A stretch of 64,000 nt of DNA from positions 13,578,001 through 13,642,000 of the forward strand of contig NC_092400.1 in assembly GCF_030028105.1 (NCBI RefSeq), in the 5' to 3' direction. Position 1 is the first letter of the stretch; every line of letters begins with the position of its first letter. The position numbers were made by a program, and so were the translations under genes. Below the pieces are notes generated by a model. That model was not told the DNA's origin and searched no databases. It saw only the letters and a program-made list of their open reading frames with translations. Source of the stretch: Mobula birostris (lineage: Eukaryota). Shown here piece by piece: positions 25,101 to 37,100 of the stretch.

Positions 25101-28100
25101 TTAAACAGCTTTGAAGTTTCCCATTATCATTAACGTCACTAAAACCCCAGAGAGCGCTAGGAATACTTGGGCCAGGCACCATCTTTGCAGAGTGAATGCT
25201 GCTGTCTGGACTTGAGACCCTTTGGGAACTCAAAATGTTAAATTTGTTTTTGTTTCTGCCCCCTTTCTTTGTATCTAAGTATCTGAAGGTGGAGTCAGAC
25301 TGATTTCCACAAGTGGTGGGGGCTGAAAGGGTGTGAAGATGTAAAAAATCAGATTAATACAAGACTTTGCCTTTACTTTTTTCTGCACCCTGAACGTGTT
25401 ATTCAGTCTGTCTCTACCCTTTCTCAAACTAATTACTCCACATCTACTCTTGCCCTTTCAAGGATAAAGTTAGAAATCGAGCAGGTTTCCTGTTAGTGAA
25501 AAAATCGTTGTGCTAAAGCATTAGTTCTGTTTGCTGAGTGTGTCCAGTACTGTTTCAATATTTGATTACTATTTTGCCTTTTGATCAATGTGTCATTGTT
25601 AAGTGTTAGAATTGTTCCATGGTTTTGAAATTGCCCAGTCCATGATCCAAACCATCTTCACTCCTGGTTGCATCGTGACCTGGTGTAGAAACACCAATGC
25701 CTCTAAACAGGACGCCCTCCAAAAAGTAGTGGGCATGGCCCAATGCATCATGGGTAAAGCCATCCCCCACCATTGAGCACATGTACGTGAAGTGCTGTCA
25801 CAGGAAAGCAGCATCCATCATCTGGGACCACACCACCTTGGTCGTGTTCTCCTCTTGCTGCTGCCATCGGGAAGAAGGTACAAGAGCTTCAGTGCCCACG
25901 CCACCAGGTTCAGGAACAGTTATTACTCTTCAGCCAGTGTGGCTAACTTCACTCATCCCATCACTGAGCTGCTCCCACAACATACGGACTTGCCATTTAT
26001 TTGTATTTGCGCAGCTTGTCCTTTGAACACTGATTGTTTGCCCATCTTGTTGGGTGCAGTGTTACATTGCTGGTTCTTGGATTTACTGAGGATGCCCACA
26101 AGCAAATGAATCCCAGGATTGTATGTGGTAATATTTATACACTTGATAATAAATCTACTTTTAAACTTTGAACGTGCTGCCTCTCCTGAATTATCTGCCT
26201 GCCAGCAAGATTTCTGATATTCCGCTTAGCTGCTAGTTGGCTGAAGATCAAGTTAGAGGAGGTTTTTCTTCAGTTTCGTGGTAATCAGTGCAGTTAAATA
26301 TTTGTCCAATATCAAACGCCTTGTATCACTTCCTCTCTTCGCACCTAGGGCAAGCCCTTCTCAATTAATGAGCAAGTGGGTCAAACATCTGTGCACTGAC
26401 TGTTTTGAATGGATAACCTTGAAATCAACCTTCAATTTATGATATCTTTGGTGTCTCTGATGTGAATTGTTACAGTTAAGAAATTGTAAGATTATTCCTA
26501 TTGGACTGCATCTCAATTTTCACTAACTTTTTTTACTCAAAGAAACACTATTTAACTATCGTGGGTTTTTATTTTAAAGATTTTGACATCTGTATCACTT
26601 ATCCTTGACTGGTTTTATTTATGGTGTAACTTTCCTTGCCTTTGGTAATGGAGCTCCTGACTTATTCAGTGCAATTGCAGCCTTTTCTGATTCTAGAACA
26701 GCAAGCCTGGCAATTGGAGCTTTGTTTGGTAAGTCGCATATTTTCTGCATTACTTTTTAATTGTTTTGTTGATCGCTGGTCATTGCCTTTAAAGTTCATT
26801 TTGGAGAAGTTGCTTGACCATGATGTCATCTTTGCTGGGAAGTGACCAAATGAATCATGTATCAGAGTGGGAAGCAAATTGGATATGTCAGTGGATATGT
26901 CAGTGGTTATGGAAAAGGGCATAGAGCTTACTGTCAACCACAGTAAACATCTTTCTTTGCAGAAAGGCCATTTGATTAGCATGTGAACAGACCTGACTCA
27001 GAAATACGACTCTAGGATCAATGGGTGGACAACTAGGGCTGGATGGCTATTGCAAATATTATTCCCATTAACAAGTGCAGAGACTGGTATTATGTTTTGT
27101 AACTCCAAAAGAAAAGGGGGGGGGGAAACACAGGTGCTGGGATACTTGTGTATACTTAGTTTCGCTTTGGTGAGGCAAGCACATATGATGTGGTGAAGTA
27201 GTGATGTATGCCACTCATGTACTTTTATATATAACCACTGAATTATGTAAACAAAAAATGGTTAATCAAAATGTGTTGATAATACTTTGGCTGTCCATCG
27301 ATGTTTCAATGTTGACTGAGGCCTGGGCAAGGTTGTATGGAAGACTGGCAGTTGCCCATGCTGCAAGTCTCCCTTCTCCACGTGACAACAGCGGTGCCAA
27401 GCTGTATGGGTCCTAGTGCCCTTCCCTCGGACAACATTTATAATACTAATTGATTATTAAATACACCATACTACTACTCAGCACTACTAACTACTCCAAT
27501 ACTGAATTCATTGCTCACAGTGCATTCTTTAGACTCTGGGCAAATATTTCCGCTAGCGAAACGCACTACGCTGACGCTGAATCAGAAGCTTGCCGATTTC
27601 CTCCTTGCGTATCACAACGCAGCACACTCTGCGAACGACAACTCACCAGCTCTGCTGTTCCTGAGCCGCCCCTTGCACTTAAGCTTGGATCTTCTCAAAC
27701 CCAATCTCAGGAGGAGTATGCAGGACAAACAGCTGAGGCAAATTGAGGGCTCCTCAAACGAGATTTAACCCTTAGCTTAAAGAATTCACACTTGTCGCGT
27801 CATGCTGTGAGCCCATAATCTTCTAATCTTTTTAATGACGTCTTGAGATTTTGGAAATATTCCTTAACTCATCACCGCTAACGATGTCATCCAGTGAGCG
27901 ACTAGGCAGCCTTGTAGCTCCAGATCTATAACTTTCTGCCAGAGTACAGGTGCAGATTCTACTCCAAAAACAAGCCTATTATGGTGATATAGCCCTTTGT
28001 CTGTTGATGTTGAGAAACATTTTGGACTCCTCTTTCTCCGTGTGTAGGTAGGCCTCAGCGAAATCTACTTTGCTGAAGTGTTTCCCTCCAGAAAGGTTTG

Positions 28101-31100
28101 CAAAGATACCCTCTATCCTGAGCAGAAAGTTGCTCTACTTTCAGTACTGGGTTATTGGTTTTATTAAAATCATTGCAGATCCTGACAGACCCATCTGAGC
28201 TACTGGAATTGTCCATGGGCTCCACTTAACATTGGAAAGAATTCTATCAGCCTCCACGTGATCTAGTTCTAGCTGCTTTATCATGGTTGGTATAAAGAAC
28301 TGGATGGGCTTTGCAAAACTTGGATGTGGCATTTTCACTAAATCCTCTTTAAAACCAGAAGTGCTAAGAGGGTTTAAACAAAAAGTGTAAGAGGGACCGC
28401 AGACTGTCGCACGAAACACAAGGTTGTTTCACTAGGTGTTTGTAACTCTCCACATATTGACTGGGACTCCCATACTGTAAAAGGACCAGGTGGGATAGAG
28501 TTTGTCAAATGTGTTCAGGGAAGTTTCCTTAATCAGTACATGGAAGAGCCATGAGAGGGCGTGCAGTACTTGATAATGAGGCAGGGCAGCTGACAGAAGT
28601 TTGTGTAGGTGAACACTGTGCATCTAGTGATCATTTTGCCATTGGTTTCAAAGTAAGTGTGCAAAAAGGTAGGTCTAGTCCTTGGTTTGAGGTTCTAAAT
28701 TGGAGAAAGGCCAATTTTGATGACATCAGAAAGTGTCTGGCAAATGTGGATTGGGGCAGGCTGCTTTTGGGCAAAAGTGTACTTGGAAAGTGGGAGGCCT
28801 TCAAAAGTGGTATTTTGAGAATTCAAAGCTTGTATGTGCCTATCAGAATAAAAGGTAAAGATAACAGGTATAGGGAACCTTGATTTTCAGAGATATTGAG
28901 GCCCTAGTTAAGTGAAAAGATGTACACTGTAGGTATAGGCAGATGGGAGCAAATTGGGTGCTTATGGAGTATGAGAAATGCAAGAGAACATTTAAGAAAG
29001 AAATCGGGAGGGCCTCTGGAAGATCAGAATGGTAATCCATGCGTGGAGCCAAAAGATATCTTAAGTGCTGTTTTTTTTTCTATCTGTATTCACTCAGGAG
29101 ATGGACAGAGTCTATAGAAGTGAGGCAAAATGGCATCGACTTCACGGGCAATATACAGATTATAGAGGAGGAGGTATTCGCTGTCTTGAGGCAAATTAGG
29201 GTGGATAAATCCCCAGGGCCTGACGAGGTGTTCCCCTTTGGGAGGCAAGTGCAGAAAATTCAGGGGCCTTGGCAGAGATATTTAAATCACCTCTGGCAAT
29301 AGGTGAAGTGCTGGAGGACTGGAGGATAACACTGCTTAAGAAAGGCTCTTTTAAAAATAAACCAGGAAATTTTAGGCCAGTGAGCCTGACATCAGTACTG
29401 GGAAGTTAGTGGGAAGTATTCGAAGGTACCAAATATGAGTATTTGGATAGATAGGGACTGATTGGGGGATAGTCAGCATGGTTTTGTGTATGGTAGGTCA
29501 TGTCTAACCAATCTTCAAGGTTTTCGAGGAAGTTAGCAGGAAAGTGGATGAAGGCAAGGCAGTGGATGTTGTCTATGTGAATTTTAGTAAGGCATTTGAC
29601 ATGGTACATCATGGGAGGTCGTTCAAGGAAGTTCAGTCATGGCGTTCATGATGAGGTAATAAATTGAATTAGACATTGGCTGTGTGAGAGAAGCCAGAGA
29701 GTGGTAGTAGATGGTTGTCTGTGACCAGTGGAGTGCCGCAGGTATCGGTGCTCGGTCCGTTGTTTTTAGATTATGAGAACACTCAGTCCTCTTTTATTGT
29801 CATTTAGAAATGCATACGTGCATTAAGAAATGAGACAATGTTTCTCCGGAGTGATATCACAGAAAACAGGACAAACCAAAGACTAACACTGACAGAACCA
29901 CAAAATTATAACATATAGTTACAGCAGTGCAAAGCAATACCATAATTTGATGAAGACCAAACCATGGGCATGGTAAATAAAGTCTCAAAAGTCCCCCGAG
30001 TCGAACAACTCCCGAGTCCCTGATAGCGGTGGCAAAGGGAAGAAACTCCCTGCCATAAACCTTCAGGCACTGTCAACTTACCAGTACTGTACCTTGGAAG
30101 CAGCCGACCACAGCCAACGCTGAGTCCATCTGTCTGAAAACTTTGAGCTTCCAACCAGCCTCTCTGATACAGCCTCCCGAGCGCCATCCTCTGCCGAGTG
30201 CCTTTGACCTAGCCCCGGCCGCTGAAACAAGCAAAGCTGAGGCTTCGCGGCCTTCTGCTCCGGAGATTCTGGTTACCACACAGTAGCAGCGGCAGCGAAG
30301 CGGGCATTTCAGAAGTTTTCCAGATGTTTCTCCGTACTCCATCAGATCAGGATTGTGCACGGCCCCCTACTTGACAGATAACAGATATTCATCACCGGAG
30401 AGGCCGCGTGCGCTGCTGTCGTGCCGCCATCTTCTCCTACTCCATCTTTAGGAGGACATCCATATCAATGAACTGGATGATGTGGTAAACTGGATCAGCA
30501 AATTTGTGGATGACACAAAGATTGGAGGAGTAATGGACCGTAAGGAAGACTGTCAACACTTGCAGTGGGACCTGGACCAGCTTGAAAAATGGGCTGACGA
30601 ATGGTGGATGGAATTTAATGCAGACAGGTGCAAGGTGTTGCAGTTCGGAAGGATCAGCCAGGGTAGACCTTGTATAGTGAGCAGCAGGACGCTGAGGAGC
30701 GCAGTAGAACAGGGGAGTCTGGGAATACAGATCTATAATTCCTTGAAAGTGGTGTTACAGGTTGAAGGGGTTGTGAAGTTTTTGGGTCATTGGCCTTCAT
30801 AAATCTTATTTTATATTGAAGTTGAATAAAACATTGAGTATTTGGAGTATTATGTGTCGTTTTAGTCACCTACCCACAGCAAAAATGTGAACAAGGTTGA
30901 AAGAGTAAATTCACAAGGATGTTGCAGCGTCTGGATGACCTGAGTTATAAGGAAACATTGAATAGGTTAGGGCTGCATTCCTTGGAATGTAGGAGATTTG
31001 ATAGAAGTATACAAAATTGAGGGGTATATTTAGGGTAAAAGCCAGCAATCTTCTTCCATTGAGGTTGGGTGGGACCACAGCTAGAAGTCATGGGTTAAGG

Positions 31101-34100
31101 GTGAAAGGTGAAGAGTTTAAGGGGAACATGAGGGGGGAAACTTCCTGAGGAAGGTCGAGAGTGTGGAATGAGCTGCCAGTGCAAGTGGTGCATGCAAGCA
31201 TGATTTCAACGTTTAAGACAAGTTTGGATAGATACATAGGTGGTAGGGGTATGGTTATGGTTGATAGGACTAGGCAGTTTAAGTGGCTGCGAATGGACAC
31301 GTTGGGCCAATGCACTGCTTGTGCTGAACTGTTCTATGACTCTGTGTTTGACTTTTCCAATTCCATCCTTAATCACTGCTGTGGCATCATCCAGTACCTT
31401 TCTTAACTTTTAGTTGCCTCTATTGTAGAGGAGGTAGCTTGCAAATGAAGTATAGATTTCCAATCAAATTATAGTTGTCTCAGGCAATCATGACCACACA
31501 ATCCTGGGCGTCCTGTTCTTAACAAGTATATGTGGCTTGTTGGTTGTTGTATTTCACTGTTATGAATGTCATTCCCACAGGAGTTGTCTTCTCTCTCGTA
31601 TAAGTCCTTAGTCCAATATCTGCAGTTTTCAGTTCAGTATCTTTGAAATGTCATTCAAATTCATTTTGTGGATTGACTGAAACAGCTGACCCAGCGTCCA
31701 GTTACTTTTTAATTAATCTGCCATTCACTTCTGGTGTAAGCTATTTTGCTTGTCTCCCGTTAGTTTTCACATTTTAAATCTCAAGACTATTCAGTCCTGT
31801 GTCATTCTCATCATCATCATCAGATTTTTCATCAACAGCATGTAGATGTGTGCTCTTCTTGAAACTGCTTGACTTTTTATCTTTCTCTTCCTTGTACAGT
31901 CCATTTATTTTTGTCTGCCCAACATGCTCTTTATGTGTGTGCTACTTTGTTGCATTTTCTACAAGTTTTGCCTTTAAACCTACATTGGTCTGGTGTATGT
32001 GAGCCTCTGCCGCAACGGTAACACTTTTTTTGGCCAGGCAGATTTTTGTTTAGACGTCGCAGTTTTGTTCACGCACTCTTTCATTCCTGACTGCTACTCA
32101 GTGGCATCTCTGGCTGTTGTTTCCATTGATACAGTGATTTCAACTGTTCTTTTAAATGTGTGTGCTTCAGTTAGGAGCAGTTGTTGAAAGCTTTCTTGTA
32201 AAATTCCACAAACTAAACAACCTCTCAGTGCATCACAAGGCCCATCACTGAACTGACAATGCTCAAGCTGTTTCCTTAATTCAGCCACAGAAGCTGAAAT
32301 GTACTCCCCTTCATTTTGATTCTGCTTACGCAAACTTAAAGTATTTTGCAATCAACAATTGTTTCAGTTCTAAATGTTCTTCCATTATGTTCACAAGATC
32401 AGCAAAGCTCATGGCTGGTTTCGTTAACCCTCAGTAACATTGGCACACTCTTCTCATTGACTACCTCATTTGCTTTAAAATACTGCTCAATTCATTCAGT
32501 ATACAATATTCAGTTATCTCTTGTGCAATCAAATGTGCTTATCTTTAGGATGTTTCTACTTTTTATTTGTTGTTATCACCTGGTACTCTGTTTATGAATG
32601 TGTGAATTTTGTCTGCTTTCTGCCTTTTTAAAAAAACTTGACTGTCTCCCCCCTTCTGGAGGAAAATGCACTTTTTTTAAACTGTACTGTGGAGTAAAGG
32701 AGTATGTAAACAAACAATGCTCAAACAATATATTTTCAATATTACTGAAATATTAAATATGCAATTGATCAGTCTAGATATGAAGAGAATGGGTAAACAC
32801 TTGGAGAAGTGAATTAGCTTGGAGAAAGGCAAAACTAAACTTTTATTAGACAGTTTTTTAGTAAGCAGATCAATGAAGGATATGTGATGCATATGTATAT
32901 TTCTATCCTTGGGATAAATATTTGATAGTGCCTCAGGAGAAAAGGCCTTTTTTTTTTCTTTAGCAGTTTGCCACTACTGTAGTCCTTGTACATATCAGGA
33001 ACAAAGAAGCAGACAGAAACAATCATTATAGACTGACCCATCCTGCAAGCTGTCTTTTCCCAGAGCTGGTTTCTGCAAAGTGCTAGAGGGCTATTAAAAG
33101 TTTAAAATATAATGCCCTCTTAAAAGTTGCTTCTACCAGGCAGTTAGTCTGATCAACCATTCTAGTTAGCAACCCCCCCCCCACCCAATAACCCAGTCAA
33201 TACACTGTAAATACCTTTTAAACCACTTTCTATAATGCTGTTTACATTGTTAAAAATTAAATTAAGGCTTAAATTAAATTAGTCTTGCGAGACCATGGAT
33301 CTACGCCTGGAAAGTCTTCACTCTCCAGGGCGCAGGCCTGGGCAAGTTTGTATGGAAGACCAGCAGTTGCCCATGCTGCAAGTCTCCCCTCTCCACGACA
33401 CCAATGTTGTCCAAGGGAAGGGCATTAGGACCCATACAGCTTGGCACCAGTGTCGTCACAAAGCAACGGTGTATGGTTAAGTGCCCTGCTCAAGGACACA
33501 ACACGCTGCCTCAGCCAAGGCTTGAACTCACGACCTTCAGATCACTAGACGAATGCTTTAACCACTTGGCCACGTGCCATTGTAAATGCTGGCATTATGC
33601 ACATTTTATTCCCTATCTGTACTCTATTTTCATGGATTTCTTTATAATTATTGAATGTGGTTGATTTGTTTTGTTGCATGTTATGCCCACACACCACAGT
33701 AATGGTGATGAATAAAATGTGATCCCTGGTGGGAGAATGAACTGTGAAGGAGAAAGAATAGAAGCAGGATAAACAGGCTGAAATTCTAAAGGAGTGTAGA
33801 AACTGTGGTGTGGGGGGGGTGTTGAGGGAACAAGGAATATTGCAGCTTAAAACAACCAGGGTTCTAATGAAGATCAGGTGCTGTTCATAAAGCTGATCTG
33901 GCCACAGTTGAGATGTGTTCCTTTCCGCGTATCTCACTTGAGCGTAGAAGTGAAGGATTTTGATCAGCTTGCTTTTCTGTCAGAGAAAGAAAGTTTATGC
34001 AGCTTTTTCCGATCCTGTGCAGTGGCCCCTCTGCAGCAGAAATTTGCTAGAGTCTCTGGTGATGTAACAAATCTCTAAATGAAATATAACTACAAAGCTT

Positions 34101-37100
34101 CAAACTTTTCACCGTTTTGCAGGTGCTGGTATATTCGTGACCACAGTTGTCGCTGGAGGTGTTGGCTTTGCAAGACCATTTATAATCGCATCCAGACCCT
34201 TTCTTCGAGATGTAATATTCTATATGGCTGCAGTTTTCTGGGCTTTCCTAGTCATCTATTATGGGCGTATTGATTTGGGGCAAGCACTTGGTGAGAAACT
34301 TGCTCAAATTTCAAGAATAAATGTCAATTGATTTTAGCTTCTGACAACTTGTCAATTTAGACATGTAGTAATCTATGTCTTCACATGTATATTGCATGTG
34401 ATCTCCACAGGTTACTTGGCACTGTATGCAGTTTATGTGCTTGTGGTCATTGTAAGCAGTATAATTTACAAGAAGAGCAAAAATCAGCTACAAAATTCTC
34501 TTTGCAACAGTCATCCGGAAAGTAAGTGAATTGCTAATCTTGTGCTTGACTGAGTTAAAATTCTAGTTATAATCCTAGAATGACTACCTGCAGTAGGTTA
34601 TACAAAAGCTGTAGCCACGTACAGTATTGTGCATACAGTATATAGCTAGGGTGATTAAGACTGCTCATAGTGCTGTATTTGTTAAAGTGGAGCGGAGTTT
34701 GTAAACCTGGTGGGAGCAAAGGATGTTGGGGAATGGTGAGGGCGGAAGGGATGTGGGACAGGTGGCGGGGGGGGGGGTGTGGGTACGGACACGCCCATCC
34801 CTGAGACATCACACAAGGTCATCTGATTCCAAACTATTGGTTTACTGATCATTATAGAGTGACGCTCTGGTGCTTCCTGCTCTCTCCCCTCTGCCTTCCA
34901 CTTTTCCCAACCACAATTCCCCTCTCTGTCTCCTTCCCACTCCCAGTCCACACTAGAGACCCACATCAGGATCAGATTTATCATCACTCATGTCATGAAT
35001 TTTTTTTGTGTGTGTGGTAGCAGTACAGTGCAATGTGTAAAATTACTGCAGTACTATGCAAAAGTTTTAGACACCCCTAGCTATCTGTGTGCTGAAGACT
35101 TTTACACAATATTGTAATTTACTGGTGGGGGAGAAAGTTGAGTTCCTTTTGAAATGCATATCCTCATCCCACACTATAAATCTAGATTTTGCCAATTTTA
35201 GGGCAGAGCTTGTGTGTAGATTATTGGTGGCTTGTTTTGTGTTAATTTTTAAATTGCCTTATTCTGAAAGAAAGAATGTGATTTCCGCTTTTGGTGTTAC
35301 TGTATAGTCTGCTCTGTGACTTGTGACATGGTACACTGTGTGGAAGACTTAGCAGTAAACAGCTGCTAATCATTCTGCTTTAATTTACTGATACTGTTTG
35401 GGACAATATTCCCAGTTTGGTGCCACACAAGTCATCTTGAGATTTGCATGTTGTGCTGGATGTAGTAACCAAAGTAATTGCTGTCTTTCCAGTTTGTGAC
35501 ACTGAGGATGCAGTTCCAACGTGCACCAGGAGGTTCATGCATGAAGACTGTAAGCACTTTCTTAACCTAAAATAGATTTGTGCTATCTCTTTTATTTTTG
35601 CAAGAGCCCTCTAGAACTGTGTGCTATTTTCAAATGTATAATGTGCAGAATTTATTGGAGTTGAGCTATTTCACTGCCTTACTTTCAATCCTTTGCATGT
35701 TGGCATGTGGCAAAGGCGGTTTCTTTCTTGGGCCATTGTCATGCAGTGGACTTCAGTGACAGATTGATTGCGTTTTGCTTTTGCCTTGGTAATGCTTCCC
35801 ATCTGCTACAGTCCAGACCATGAGTTTCTGACCAGAATTTTATTCCCTCAGCGAGCGAATATCAGTCCTTAATTGAAAATGAAGAACCCAAATCTACAAA
35901 AGCCATTTTGGCGGACTCTCTTAATCCCATTGACCTTCAGAAATGGAGGAGGAAACATCTGCCTTGGAAGATTTTCAAATGCCTGAAGGTAATTTCTGCT
36001 TGTCCTATAAAGCATAAGAGCAGAATTAGACCCTTTAGCTCATTGAGTCTGCTCTGCCATTCCATCATGGTTGAATTATTATCCCTGTCAACCCCATTCT
36101 CCTGCCTTCTTCCCATAAGTTTGACACCTTTACTAATCAAGAACCTATTAATCTACATTTAAAATGTACCCAATTATGTTCCTAAGGAGACATGTTTGGT
36201 GAATAGGGTTGAGAGGAGGCGGTATCAACTTAATACTACCCTAAAATTCCGAAATGTTCATATTCCTAGAGATGCGAGTTAACTTAGTTCATGAGATTTC
36301 ATCCTAATTTTTAATACATTCTGCCCTGAGTTGCTGAGCTTTGCTATCTTACTATTTTGATGTCACATTCAAACAAAGGAGAAATGTTTTTATAATTGGA
36401 AATGCTACATTCTGGATTATTAAGTGTGTCAATTAGATGGTTTTGATGTCCTTAAATTTGGGACAGTAGAGTAGCATAGTGGTTAGCACAATGCTTTACT
36501 GTACAAGTGATCCAGGTTCAGTTCCTACCGCTGCCTGTAAGCAGTTTGCATGGTCTCCCTATGACTGCGTGGGTTTTCTCCCACAGTCTAAAGCACTGTA
36601 CCAGGAGGTAGGATAATTGGTCATTGTAAATTGTCCTGTGATTAGGCTCGAATTAAAATTGGAGGGTTGCTGGTTAGTGGGGCTGCACTGTACCTAAATA
36701 AAATATTGGGCAAGTGCTTTAGCTGCTCTATATATTTAAAAAAAAAACAATTGAGCTATCTCTCCACGATCCCAGACACTTGACACTTCAGCATGCTAGT
36801 TAGTCATTGCTCGACAAACCAGAGTTATTTTCCAGAACTGAATTTTCCATTAGTCATTTCATTCTGGTTTGTCTTTTTTTTTTTTTTTCCTTGCCCCACC
36901 CCCTCTTCCCTCCACCTGTTTTGGTTTAGTTTTCTCATTTTTATACTGGCAGTCTATACAATTACAGAAATGTACAACTACTTTCAACATTCAGCTATAA
37001 CTTCTGTTTTTTTTCCCCTCTCTCTTTCAGCTGCCAATAGAGTTTCTGCTTCTACTTTGCGTTCCCGTGGTTGACTTTGACCAAGATGACCACAACTGGA

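Larger units (their letters stand above)
21859..26622 (+). other. SLC8B1: U12-type intron with GT-AT termini
   Basis: Donor GTATCCTTT. Branch site ATCCTTGAC at 26601-26609. Intron ends ...ttttatttAT before GGT GTA ACT (GVT). Confidence 0.85.
27090..32640 (-). mobile_element. Degenerate Gypsy-type LTR element interrupted by CR1
   Basis: On -: gag (QNEGEYISASVAELRK..HCQF) at ~32100-32350, protease-like DAGSAVS at ~31690, RT remnants at ~27800-28400. An integrase tail at ~27510-27760 is on +. Confidence 0.7.
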
